Positions 8,647 through 18,552 of a stretch of 64,000 nucleotides of DNA are shown piece after piece. The notes under the pieces were generated by a model that saw only the letters and a list, made by a program, of their open reading frames with translations, searched no databases and was not told where the DNA came from. The DNA lies in contig CP143273.1 in assembly GCA_051013385.1 (NCBI GenBank), forward strand, positions 192,001-256,000, given 5' to 3'. The translations under genes were made by a program, and so were the position numbers. The DNA is from Phormidium sp. GTDB lineage: Bacteria > Cyanobacteriota > Cyanobacteriia > Cyanobacteriales > Aerosakkonemataceae. The first letter of the stretch is position 1; every line of letters begins with the position of its first letter.

Positions 8647-11600
8647 ATGGGTGAAAAGATGATGAACGAACAACGCATTCAAGCCTATCTCAATTTAATT
8701 CAACAACTCCTCTCCTGTCCCAATGGTGAGGAAAACCAAATTCTCAACCAGTCTTTTGATTTGGTGGATGAGGGTTTTGTGCAGATGTGCGAACAGGTGG
8801 CGACACAGATCCAGGAAGAAGGGGAAGAGAATGCAGCGGATTTTCTGCGAAACTTGGCGCAAGACGTGGTGGAATATCTCAATAATGAAGCCTCTGAGGA
8901 TGGAAGTGAACCCAGCGAAACCCAACCGAACACTATAGAGGAAGAGTATCTCAACTTTTTAATGGAAGTGTTGCAAGCGACTGAAGATAGTCGAGGCAAT
9001 CCATCAGTGGTTTATCCTCTGCTGCAACAGAACCTAGATAAGTTGGATTTGAACTTGGTTAATGTATTGCAAAAATTAGCCCAAAAATTGAAGGAAATCG
9101 AGGAAAATGAAGCCATTAAGCTTGCCAAAGTTATCGGCAACTTTGTGTACTTAATGCGACAATTTTCCTTGGGAAGTCCGGCAGATAATCTGGAAATTGT
9201 GATAGTCTGCTATGAAATAATTTGTACCGTTTTCACCAAAGAAAAAGCCCCGCAAATTTGGGCAGCACTCCAAAATGACTTGGGGATTGCTTACAGTGAA
9301 CGCATCTGGGGAAAGCGGGCGGATAACCTCGAACAAGCTATTACTGCCTATCGAAACGCATTAAAAATCTATACCCATGAAACCTCTCCCGAAAATTGGG
9401 CAATGGCTCAAAGTAACTTGGGGACTGCTTACAGTGAACGCATCGAAGGAAAGCGGATAGATAACATTGAACAGGCGATCGCAGCTTACAAAGCTGCATT
9501 AGAAGTCTATAACCGTACCGCCTTTTCTGAAAAATGGGCAGATACTCAACATAACTTGGGTGCAGCTTACAGCGATCGCATCCAAGGAGAGCGGGCGAAC
9601 AATCTTGAACAGGCGATTGCTGCTTATCAAGCAGCATTAGAAGTTTCTACTCTTGAAGCCTTTCCTCAAAAATGGGCAGGGACTCAAAATACCCTGGGAA
9701 ATGCCTACTTATACCGCATCAAAGGAGAGCGGGCGGACAACCTAGAACGAGCTATTACTTCCTACAAAGCTGCGTTAGAAGTCTATACCCGTACTGCCTT
9801 TCCCGAAAAATGGGCAATGACTCAAAATAATTTAGCTGTTGCCTATCGTAACCGCATCAAAGGAGAGCAGGCGGACAACCTAGAACAAGCTATTACTGCC
9901 TACAAAGCTACATTAGAAGTCTATAGCCGTACTGCCTTTCCCGAAAAATGGGCAACAACTCAAAATAATTTAGCGGTTGCCTACAGTGAACGTATCAAAG
10001 GAGAGAGGGCAGAGAACCTAGAACTGGCGATTGCTTGCTATGAAGCCGCATTAAAAGTCTATACCTGTAAAGACTTTCCCGAAAAATGGGCAGCAACTCA
10101 AAATAACTTGGGCAATGCCTACTTATACCGCATTGAAGGAGAGCGGGCGGAGAACCTAGAACGGGCGATTGCTTGCTATGAAGCCGCATTAACACTCCGC
10201 ACTCGTGAAGCCTTTCCTCAAGAATGGGCAAGGACTCAAAATTGTTTGGGGGCTGCCTACAGTGAACGCATCGAAGGAAAGCGAATAGAGAACCTTGAAC
10301 AGGCGATCGCAGCCTATAAAGCTGCATTAGAAGTGTATAACCGTACCGCCTTTCCTGAAGAATGGGCAACTACTCAAAATAACTTGGGGAATGTCTACCA
10401 AAGCCGAATCAAAGGAGAACGGGCAGACAACTTAAAACAAGCTATTGCTGCCTATCAAGCTGCCTTAGAAGTGCGTACTCGCCAAGCCCTTCCCCAAGAC
10501 CATGTACAAACCTTATTTAACTTAGGACTTACCTATCGCCTCACTTCTCCCATCAAATTACAAAATGCCTACGATACCTTTGCCTCTGCCATTGACACTA
10601 TAGAAGAGATTCGCAGTGGCATCATTGAAGGTGGCGAGACAGACAAACAGAAATTAGCGGAAAAATGGAATGGACTGGGGCTCTATCGCAATATGGTCGA
10701 AGTCTGCCTAGAATTGAACAACTACGCCGCCGCCCTGGAATATGCCGAACGCAGCAAAGCCAGAAACTTAGTTGAACTATTTGCCGCTACCCGCCTCAAA
10801 CCGAAAGATGTTTCCTCCGAAATCTGGGAACGCTACGACGATTTATATCAACAGTGGTGGAACCTCCAGCAAAGACGCGACAGTAGCGACTTCTCCTTCG
10901 GCGAGAGTTTCAACAACGACGACACCCGCAGTATTGAGATTTCTTCCCCCAACCGGGAAACGGTCGCTGCTGAAATTTCCCGTACCCTCACCCAGTTACG
11001 CCAACAAATCGACAGCTTAATCGAAACCGAAATCACCCCCCACGACCCGAAATTCCGCTTCGGGCAAAAAGTAGACCCCATCGGCTACAAGAAGATTCAG
11101 AAATTGGTGGACGAACAGACCGCAATTGTGGAGTGGTACTTTACCTCTAAGGGCATCCAAGCCTTTATCGTCACCCGCCAAGGGCAACACCCTATCCCCG
11201 TCCCTACCAAAAGTAGTGCCTTAGATGCTTTGGAACAGTTGAAAGATGAGTATTTAACCGATTATCTCAACGATAACAACCATTGGCGGCAGGAGTTACG
11301 CTCGTACCTGCAACGGTTAGCGAAAATACTGGAACTCGATAACCTCATCTCCCAAATTCCCCACAATTGTAAGCAGCTAATCTTAGTTCCCTATCGCTTC
11401 TTGCATTTATTCCCCCTCCACGCCTTACCCGTTTCCGAAACCGAATATCTCAGCGACAAATTCCCCCAAGGCATTCGCTATGCCCCCAGCAGTCAAATTT
11501 TGCAGTTATCCTTAAGGGAGGATAGCACCCCACTGGAGCAGGACGGGCGATCGCTCTTTGCCATCCAAAATCCTACGGAAGATTTAGCCTATACCGATAT

Positions 11601-12423
11601 CGAAGTAGAAGCGATTCAAACCGCCTTCAAACCCGCTACGGTATTACCTGGAAAAGCCGCCAATAAAACCGCATTTAACCAAGCCATCACAATATTAAAA
11701 GAAACAGGTTTCGCCCATTTCTCCTGTCACGGCTATTTTAATTTCACCAACCCCCGCATTTCGGGACTAATACTTGCCGATGCCAAACTCCCAGAAACCG
11801 CCGCCACCGAAAGCATCCCCGTGATTCGTTCTCGTCGAGGTGAATTTAACCCCGATGAATGTCTCACATTGCCAGAAATCTTTAACCTGCGCTTGCGGAA
11901 CTGTCGCCTAGTTGCCCTCTCCGCCTGTGAAACGGGTATCACCGACATTAGCACTACCAGCGATGAGTATATCAGCATTCTGGCCGGGTTTTTCTTTGCA
12001 GGTTCGCGCAATGTCTTGGGCACATTATGGGCGGTAAATGATGTCTCGACAGCCATTTTTATGATTCGCTTTTATGAAATTCTACTGGGAGAAACGCAGA
12101 TTCCAGTGGGAGCATCCCAATTTTGCACGTTTATTTTTAAGGGGGCTGAAGAAACCCTTGTCATCTGGTTAATATTAGGAATGATTTTACAAAATTGGGA
12201 TGCTCCCATTCCAGTAGCGTTAGCATTGAAACAAACGCAGGAGTGGATGCGCTCAAGAACAGTTGCAGAGTTGTTAGATTGGATTAAGGGTTGTCAGTTG
12301 ATTAAAGAGGAACGGCGCGAGGCAATGTGCGATGATTTAAAATTAGGTTGGAGGCAAAAACTTCATGTTAAACGGTATGAGTCGCCTTATTATTGGGCAG
12401 CTTTTTGCGCCGTTGGACAGTAG
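8647..12423 (+). CDS. TPR-repeat CHAT (caspase-like) protease
   Basis: About ten 40-aa TPR-like repeats; catalytic motifs HFSCHG and LSACETG intact; C-terminal PYYWAAF. Confidence 0.9.
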   Translation: MGEKMMNEQRIQAYLNLIQQLLSCPNGEENQILNQSFDLVDEGFVQMCEQVATQIQEEGEENAADFLRNLAQDVVEYLNNEASEDGSEPSETQPNTIEEEYLNFLMEVLQATEDSRGNPSVVYPLLQQNLDKLDLNLVNVLQKLAQKLKEIEENEAIKLAKVIGNFVYLMRQFSLGSPADNLEIVIVCYEIICTVFTKEKAPQIWAALQNDLGIAYSERIWGKRADNLEQAITAYRNALKIYTHETSPENWAMAQSNLGTAYSERIEGKRIDNIEQAIAAYKAALEVYNRTAFSEKWADTQHNLGAAYSDRIQGERANNLEQAIAAYQAALEVSTLEAFPQKWAGTQNTLGNAYLYRIKGERADNLERAITSYKAALEVYTRTAFPEKWAMTQNNLAVAYRNRIKGEQADNLEQAITAYKATLEVYSRTAFPEKWATTQNNLAVAYSERIKGERAENLELAIACYEAALKVYTCKDFPEKWAATQNNLGNAYLYRIEGERAENLERAIACYEAALTLRTREAFPQEWARTQNCLGAAYSERIEGKRIENLEQAIAAYKAALEVYNRTAFPEEWATTQNNLGNVYQSRIKGERADNLKQAIAAYQAALEVRTRQALPQDHVQTLFNLGLTYRLTSPIKLQNAYDTFASAIDTIEEIRSGIIEGGETDKQKLAEKWNGLGLYRNMVEVCLELNNYAAALEYAERSKARNLVELFAATRLKPKDVSSEIWERYDDLYQQWWNLQQRRDSSDFSFGESFNNDDTRSIEISSPNRETVAAEISRTLTQLRQQIDSLIETEITPHDPKFRFGQKVDPIGYKKIQKLVDEQTAIVEWYFTSKGIQAFIVTRQGQHPIPVPTKSSALDALEQLKDEYLTDYLNDNNHWRQELRSYLQRLAKILELDNLISQIPHNCKQLILVPYRFLHLFPLHALPVSETEYLSDKFPQGIRYAPSSQILQLSLREDSTPLEQDGRSLFAIQNPTEDLAYTDIEVEAIQTAFKPATVLPGKAANKTAFNQAITILKETGFAHFSCHGYFNFTNPRISGLILADAKLPETAATESIPVIRSRRGEFNPDECLTLPEIFNLRLRNCRLVALSACETGITDISTTSDEYISILAGFFFAGSRNVLGTLWAVNDVSTAIFMIRFYEILLGETQIPVGASQFCTFIFKGAEETLVIWLILGMILQNWDAPIPVALALKQTQEWMRSRTVAELLDWIKGCQLIKEERREAMCDDLKLGWRQKLHVKRYESPYYWAAFCAVGQ
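12108..12207. mobile_element. 100-bp MITE inserted in frame in the CHAT gene
   Basis: 18-bp TIR GGGAGCATCCCAATTTTG; 8-bp target duplication ATTCCAGT at 12100-12107 and 12208-12215. Confidence 0.92.
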
Positions 12424-12428
12424 AGTTA

Positions 12429-12493
12429 AGAAACCGGGTTTCTTGCGGAAAACTAGGCCAAAAACCAAAATCTCGCTTAGAAACCCGGTTTCT
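12429..12493. repeat. REP-like pair AAGAAACCGGGTTTCT
   Basis: Related copies near 7808, 18562-18605 and 35072-35139. Confidence 0.75.
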
Positions 12494-12529
12494 GTGTACG
12501 CCGTAAACTGACTAGAGGAATATAACATT

Positions 12530-12856
12530 ATGCAACCCGAAAAATTGATTAATGGCTTTCTAAAAGTTTGGGATGATAACCCAGAGGTTTTCGAGAATAG
12601 TGGCGCAATAGCTGGGTTAGATTCAATGCAAAAAGACATTGAAAAAATCAACCAAGAATCGCTGGAATATATTGCCAAGAGAATTGAGGACTTGTGCGAT
12701 GATTATGAAGGACTAGCAGAGGCAATCCTTGCTGCTAACCGCAAACCCAAACCGAGAAAAAGTGAAGATACAAGTTTAGAGAATGTTCTCGAAAATCGCT
12801 ATCCTGAAATCTCTAAAGCTTTGCGGGAAAAAATCGAAAAATCGGAACAAAAGTGA
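12530..12856 (+). CDS. Small acidic helical protein downstream of TPR-CHAT
   Basis: 108-aa ORF with GAGG RBS. Confidence 0.7.
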   Translation: MQPEKLINGFLKVWDDNPEVFENSGAIAGLDSMQKDIEKINQESLEYIAKRIEDLCDDYEGLAEAILAANRKPKPRKSEDTSLENVLENRYPEISKALREKIEKSEQK

Positions 12857-13116
12857 GAATATACAAATGGCAAACAAAGAGTTTTACAAATCTTGCACCA
12901 GTGCCAAAATCCGCCTGCGAATTGATTCGCAGGCGGGCTAAAACGACAGATGCAAGCTCTCCGTTTTACGTAGTAATTGAAAGAGACGAAGACGGCTTAT
13001 ATATTGGTGAAGTTCCGCAACTTAAAGCCTGCTATAGTCAAGGAGAAACCATTGATGAGTTAATCCAAAATATCCGCGAATTAATTGAAATGTGTCTTGA
13101 GGAAATTGAAGAATAA
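12853..13116 (+). pseudogene. HicB-like antitoxin interrupted by an 82-bp insertion
   Basis: Original start ATG 12867 (MANKEFY) joins VVIERDEDG...VPQL..C.SQGET once the insert is removed. Confidence 0.75.
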
Positions 13117-13130
13117 TCAATAACAAAATT

Positions 13131-13385
13131 ATGTTACAACACTTAGACAGAATCACATTTGACCCCAAAATAATGACAGGTAAAGCCTGTATTCGAGGCA
13201 TGAGAGTTACGGTATCTTTAGTAGTTAACTTAGTAGCCAATGGTAAAACAACCGCAGAAATTATCGAAGACTATCCCTATCTGGAACCGGAAGATATTAG
13301 ACAATCATTGCTTTATGCTGCATGGCTGACGGAAGAAAGAGTAATTCCTATCCAAAAATCTGAAGATTTGGAGTCAGTTAAATGA
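13131..13385 (+). CDS. DUF433-family antitoxin
   Basis: ITFDPKIMTGKACIRGMRV, EIIEDYPYLEPEDI. Confidence 0.9.
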   Translation: MLQHLDRITFDPKIMTGKACIRGMRVTVSLVVNLVANGKTTAEIIEDYPYLEPEDIRQSLLYAAWLTEERVIPIQKSEDLESVK

Positions 13386-13744
13386 AATTTTTAGCTGACA
13401 TGGGAATTTCACCTCGCACCGTAAGTTGGTTAAGGAGTCAAGGTTATGATGCCATTCATTTAGTCGAACAGGGGTTAGAAAAAATACCCGATGAAGCAAT
13501 TTTGCTGAAAGCTCAAAACGAACAAAGAATTATTCTGACTGTGGATCTAGATTTTGGTTTTTTGCTGGCGACAACTAAAGCATCACTACCGAGTGTAATT
13601 TTATTTCGTTTAGGTAATGAAAGCCGAGAAGTCATTGAAGAAAGGTTAACAGATATCTTAGAAAAATGTCAATCTGAATTATTCAATGGGGCAATTATTT
13701 CGGTAACTAATGAATATTACCGGGTGCGTTCTTTGCCGATTTAA
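13382..13744 (+). CDS. PIN-like toxin (DUF5615 type)
   Basis: MKFLADMGIS, ILTVDLDFG; overlaps the DUF433 gene. Confidence 0.85.
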   Translation: MKFLADMGISPRTVSWLRSQGYDAIHLVEQGLEKIPDEAILLKAQNEQRIILTVDLDFGFLLATTKASLPSVILFRLGNESREVIEERLTDILEKCQSELFNGAIISVTNEYYRVRSLPI

Positions 13745-13775
13745 AAAAGGTTATAAAATAGTTAGGTTATTTTAT

Positions 13776-15170
13776 ATGAATCATCAAACAACCCAGAAAA
13801 GCGATAATCGAATTTTTGCCCCTAATGTCTACCTCTTTGCTTATTCCCTGATTGATGGCGCAGAAGGATCTAAAAATCCTCTTTGGCAAGCAGCAGATGA
13901 AATTATTAACGAATTTTGTCAGGGTGAAAATATTACTAACAACCTGATTTTTCCCAAGGATTCAAATAACGATAATCGCACCTACTTACTTAAAGACGAT
14001 AGTCTGGATTTCACTGGCACTAAAAATCCCGAAATAGAAGGATTTGCTCAACCCCAAAAAATTCAAGATTGTTATGCGCTTTGGCTCAATATCGGCTATT
14101 CTGATCGAGATGAAACTGCCAAAGATGTCTCGGTTGAGGAGCTAAGACAATTCAATCCTAATCATATCTTAATTCTGCCTCAAGCTGATAAAATATTAGG
14201 ACAAACTCTGCTCATAACCGCCTGGTTAACTAACAAAACTAAACAAAGGGATCGAGAATATCTCCGCAACTTAGCTAACCAATGTTGTCAAACTTTACTC
14301 GGAGACAAAACACCCCCATTTTCCCGCGCTGGTGAGTTGTTTGATAGTGCTATTTTTGAATATGGTAGACCAAAACAAGACTCCCAAGTTCTTGTCTGGT
14401 TATTCCGCGATGAAACGGCAGATCGGCAATATGATAAGTATCAACAGGAACTCATTAGTTTATTCCTGTATCGCACTAAAATCGTTAAAGCTTTTCAAGA
14501 TAGTCGCTTGATTTATACAGCACTAAACCAAGCTTACATTCAAATAGAAAAAAATCTCGATCGCATCCAACAAAAACTCGATACATCTAATACTAATTAT
14601 ACTTATCTCGACGATTTCAAAACCGACCTAAAAACCCTCGCTAGAGAATCCCTATCCTACACTCGCTTACTGCGAAAAATGGAAGATTTCGGTAATACAA
14701 TTGAGATAAATATTTACAATTATAATGAAAAAATTGAAGAAATTTGTGGTACAATAGAAATCGATAAGGAAGAACTATCGTTTCTTAAGTATTTCGGTCA
14801 AGAAACTGGGCCTCTCTTCAGTCGCCAAATCAAAGCAGACTTAGGCTATTTTGAACATGGAACAGATTTAATAGAACAAGCGATCGCCTCAATTCGCGGA
14901 ATAGTAGAAATTGACCAAACAGAAGCTAATCAAGACTTGCAAGATTTGATTCAAGCGGTAGGTGTGGGAATTGCAGCAGGTGCGATCGTTGCTTCTACAT
15001 CCGGTTTAATTACGCAACCTTGGAGTTTACCGGGGCGCGATCGAATTTTCCTTCCCCCTCACCCCTTTATAATTGCATTAGTTGCAAGTGTATTGTGTTC
15101 TGCGGGTGCTTTTTGGGTAGCAGAAAAGGTGATTAAGAAAAGGCGCAAGCGTTCCAAATCTGACTCATAG
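13776..15170 (+). CDS. Hypothetical protein with a long helical region and two C-terminal TM helices
   Basis: Start placed at ATG 13776; hydrophobic segments LIQAVGVGIAAGAIVAST and FIIALVASVLCSAGAFWV; basic tail. Confidence 0.75.
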   Translation: MNHQTTQKSDNRIFAPNVYLFAYSLIDGAEGSKNPLWQAADEIINEFCQGENITNNLIFPKDSNNDNRTYLLKDDSLDFTGTKNPEIEGFAQPQKIQDCYALWLNIGYSDRDETAKDVSVEELRQFNPNHILILPQADKILGQTLLITAWLTNKTKQRDREYLRNLANQCCQTLLGDKTPPFSRAGELFDSAIFEYGRPKQDSQVLVWLFRDETADRQYDKYQQELISLFLYRTKIVKAFQDSRLIYTALNQAYIQIEKNLDRIQQKLDTSNTNYTYLDDFKTDLKTLARESLSYTRLLRKMEDFGNTIEINIYNYNEKIEEICGTIEIDKEELSFLKYFGQETGPLFSRQIKADLGYFEHGTDLIEQAIASIRGIVEIDQTEANQDLQDLIQAVGVGIAAGAIVASTSGLITQPWSLPGRDRIFLPPHPFIIALVASVLCSAGAFWVAEKVIKKRRKRSKSDS

Positions 15171-15180
15171 ATCAGTTTTG

Positions 15181-15245
15181 GAGGGTGCGTCAGAACGCAG
15201 AATTTTTGCGATTACCATCAATTTTCTTAGTCTGACGCACCCTAC
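15181..15245. repeat. REP-like pair AGGGTGCGTCAGA...TCTGACGCACCCTAC
   Basis: Inverted repeat between convergent genes, overlapping the stop of the phosphoesterase. Confidence 0.7.
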
Positions 15246-16912
15246 TTATTCAAATAAAACTCATCAAATTTAATTACTTGAGAATTTGGTTCTCGCGTAT
15301 CAAAATGATAACTGCTCACCGTACCATTGGCAGTATCTAAAATACTAAAAACGGTGATATCATTACTGGCAATATATGGCATTGGTTGATTATTTTCATC
15401 AACTAAAGGTGCAATTGTTGGTACTATTGCATCTAATCCGTTGGGGTCGCCAGTTGCAGCATAATTTTCGGAATTATTAATAGGTACAGGTCGTTTGTTA
15501 TCGCCTAAAGCTGCACCGTAAGAGTTACCAACGTTGGAAGTTTCCAGAAAATTAACGCCACTAGAATTAATGAAACGATTCCATAAATGGGAATGTCCAA
15601 ATAATACTAATTGTACTTTTGCGGCGTTGAGTAATGGTTCAATATCCCGAATCAAGTAATCTTTGTCTTTGGGGTATTGATAGTGAACTGATTTAATTGT
15701 ACCATCGCCATTTCGTTCAATTATTTGTACGGGATAGGTGAAGGGAGGAACTATATTATCGCCTAAAGAATGTAGGGGATGATGTAACATTACTACTTTA
15801 TATTTTGCTTGCTGAAATTCGGAACCATTTAATTCTTTTTCTAACCATTGATATTGAACGCTACCTTGATGGATTGGCTCGAAAATGTGTTGACCGTATC
15901 CCCAATTTGCTGGGTTGTTTAAATCGCGATCGCACTCTCGATACTTCCCTTTAATAGTACTAGCTAAACTAGGACTGCGCCAAGCACAAGCAGCAAACAA
16001 AACTACTAAACGCACATCACCAATAGTAATTGCATAATATTTTTCCCCACCAGTACTATCATCAGGTAAAGTGAAAATTTCTTGGTAAGTATCGATATTA
16101 AAAGAGTAATCTTTTAACCAGAGTTCTTCGGGGATATCAGCTTTATCCTGATAAACTTGTTTAGCGAGTTCGCGGGGAAACGCATCATAAAATTGTTCGC
16201 TTAAGCTGCTTTCTAGGGAAAATCGACCCATAACTTCGTGATTTCCAATGGCAGGGAATAGCGGCGCGTGTTGAATGATTTCGCCGCCTTTGTAAATAGT
16301 AGAAATCCCATTTTTTTCTAATTTAGAGTTAGCTTTTCCTTGCAAACAAGGGAAAAAAGCATTACCTCGGTTATCATCAAACCATTCGGAAGCGCGATCG
16401 GGTACATTCACCAAATCACCTGCAAAGAAAACTGCATCAACTACACCAATTGTTTCAGTTAGTTTTTGCAAATTAGCAGCAGTCATTGGCATTAATTGAT
16501 GATCGGAAGTTAGCAAGATTTTTAAAGCTGTTCCCGGTAAAGGTTTAGGTGCAAGAGTAAAGGTTTCACTACTGAGAATTTCCCCATCTTCCCTTTCACT
16601 CTTTACTCGATAAGGAACTCGTTTCCCTGGAATTAAATTAGTTATTTCTGCTTCGTGTCGCCAAATATTCCGCGAAACTGGTTGTTGATAAACTTGGTTT
16701 TCTTCGGTTTGTTTCTCAAATTTTGACTTTTGATCTTCACGGGTGCGACTTAGTTTAATTGTGTTGGCGTTAACAATTTTGTCCAAGTTCTCACCAAAGG
16801 TAACAGTGTGGCGAGAACCGGGAAATTCGGTAAACCAAACTACTCGAATTGAGTTTTCTGTGGGAAGTTGCAAAAAAGGATCGGTTAAAAGTTGGGGTTG
16901 AGAAGACATCAT
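15242..16912 (-). CDS. Metallophosphoesterase (purple acid phosphatase-like)
   Basis: SDHQ, AGDL, GNHE, GHSH motifs. Confidence 0.88.
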   Translation of the reverse strand: MMSSQPQLLTDPFLQLPTENSIRVVWFTEFPGSRHTVTFGENLDKIVNANTIKLSRTREDQKSKFEKQTEENQVYQQPVSRNIWRHEAEITNLIPGKRVPYRVKSEREDGEILSSETFTLAPKPLPGTALKILLTSDHQLMPMTAANLQKLTETIGVVDAVFFAGDLVNVPDRASEWFDDNRGNAFFPCLQGKANSKLEKNGISTIYKGGEIIQHAPLFPAIGNHEVMGRFSLESSLSEQFYDAFPRELAKQVYQDKADIPEELWLKDYSFNIDTYQEIFTLPDDSTGGEKYYAITIGDVRLVVLFAACAWRSPSLASTIKGKYRECDRDLNNPANWGYGQHIFEPIHQGSVQYQWLEKELNGSEFQQAKYKVVMLHHPLHSLGDNIVPPFTYPVQIIERNGDGTIKSVHYQYPKDKDYLIRDIEPLLNAAKVQLVLFGHSHLWNRFINSSGVNFLETSNVGNSYGAALGDNKRPVPINNSENYAATGDPNGLDAIVPTIAPLVDENNQPMPYIASNDITVFSILDTANGTVSSYHFDTREPNSQVIKFDEFYLNK

Positions 16913-17058
16913 GATTTAGGTAGGTTGTTGTGCTTTAGCACTCTTATCTTAATGGTAATAAGAGCGCTAAAGCGCAACAACTTACTCATTTTTATGTAAC
17001 TGGCAACTTAAGTTATTAAAATAAAGGTGAGCGATCGTACTGAGAAACAGGATAGACT

Positions 17059-18552
17059 ATGGCGGAAAATAATCGCGCACCTTGGGAATTTGGCAGATTT
17101 TTCCAAACTCTCACTTACTTTGAGGTAATTCCCTTTGTCAACTGTATTCAGCGGATATTTTCGGGCAATTTCAAGGAAAAAGCAACTGAATTTAAAGGAG
17201 GAAAAAGAGTGGGAGTAGTGCTAGTAGCTGGTGCAACTGGCGGTGTAGGAAAGCGCGTAGTAAAACGACTGGTGGAACGCGGATATTCAACACGCGCTTT
17301 GGTGCGAAATGTGGAAAAAGCAAGGGAAATGTTGGGTAATAACCTGGAATTAATTGCAGGTGATATTACCATACCGGAAACTTTAACTGAAGAAGTTTTC
17401 CGCAATATTACTGCGGTAATTTGTTGTACAGGTGCGCGTGTGCAACCTGTGGAAGGCGACACTCCTAACCGGGAAAAGTACTATCAAGGCGTGAAATTTT
17501 ATATGCCTGAAGTGGTAGATTCTCCCGAAATTGTAGAATACCAAGGTGTGAGAAACTTGGTGCAAGCAGCAGCGAAATATTTAGGGAAAGCTGACGAGAA
17601 AATGATTTTTGATTTTCGTAATGCTAATGAGGATATCAAAAATGTTTGGGGTGCGATCGATGATGTGGTTATGGGTGGAGTTAGCGCCAGCAATATCCAA
17701 TTAGTAGATAATACTGCTTTATTTGCTGGTAATGTTTCCACTGCTAATTCGGGAGGTTTCGCTTCCATTCGCACTCGCAATTTTGACACAGCTTTAGATT
17801 TATCTGCTTACGAAGGTGTTGAGTTGCGCGTTAAAGGTGATGGCAAACGTTATAAATTCTTCCTGCGTACCGATACTAAATGGGATGGAATTGGTTATAG
17901 CTATTCCTTCGACACGATCGCAAATACTTGGATGGATATTCGCATTCCTTTTGCCGATCTAGTTCCGGTTTTTCGCGCCAAAACTTTAAACGATGGCGAA
18001 AAGATTGATGCTAGTCAAATTCGTTCTTGCCAATTAATGTTGAGCAAATTTGAATATGATGGCGCACTCAATCCTAATTTTACACCAGGCGGTTTTGCCT
18101 TGCAAATCGAAACAATTAAAGCTTATAATGGCGCGAGTTTACCTCAGTTTATCTTGGTAAGTTCTGCTGGTGTCACTCGTCCAGGTCGTCCGGGAATTAA
18201 CTTAGAAGAAGAACCCCCAGCGGTGAGAATGAATGATGCGTTAGGGGGAATTTTAACTTGGAAATTGCGGGGAGAAGATAGCGTCAGAGAAAGTGGAATT
18301 GCTTACACAATTATCAGACCTTGTGCGTTAACTGAAGAAGCAGGAGGTAAAACTTTAGTTTTTGAACAAGGCGACAACATTCGCGGTAAAGTAAGTCAGG
18401 AAGATATCGCCGAACTTTGCGTACAGGCGTTAGAAGAACCAAAAGCTTGTAACCTCACCTTTGAAGTGAAAGAAACAGAAACCGCCTTTACTGGAGGAAA
18501 TTGGCAAAAATTGTTTAATAGTATACAGCCAGATTGGCGATCGCCAATCTAA
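17059..18552 (+). CDS. NAD(P)-binding protein with inserted CIA30 domain
   Basis: VAGATGGVG; DDVVMGGVS, GGFASIR. Confidence 0.88.
   Translation: MAENNRAPWEFGRFFQTLTYFEVIPFVNCIQRIFSGNFKEKATEFKGGKRVGVVLVAGATGGVGKRVVKRLVERGYSTRALVRNVEKAREMLGNNLELIAGDITIPETLTEEVFRNITAVICCTGARVQPVEGDTPNREKYYQGVKFYMPEVVDSPEIVEYQGVRNLVQAAAKYLGKADEKMIFDFRNANEDIKNVWGAIDDVVMGGVSASNIQLVDNTALFAGNVSTANSGGFASIRTRNFDTALDLSAYEGVELRVKGDGKRYKFFLRTDTKWDGIGYSYSFDTIANTWMDIRIPFADLVPVFRAKTLNDGEKIDASQIRSCQLMLSKFEYDGALNPNFTPGGFALQIETIKAYNGASLPQFILVSSAGVTRPGRPGINLEEEPPAVRMNDALGGILTWKLRGEDSVRESGIAYTIIRPCALTEEAGGKTLVFEQGDNIRGKVSQEDIAELCVQALEEPKACNLTFEVKETETAFTGGNWQKLFNSIQPDWRSPI

Noticed and set aside
9245..10535. Diversity-generating retroelement template/variable repeats
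   Set aside because: Repeats are in-frame TPR units, differences are not adenine-specific, and no reverse transcriptase is present.
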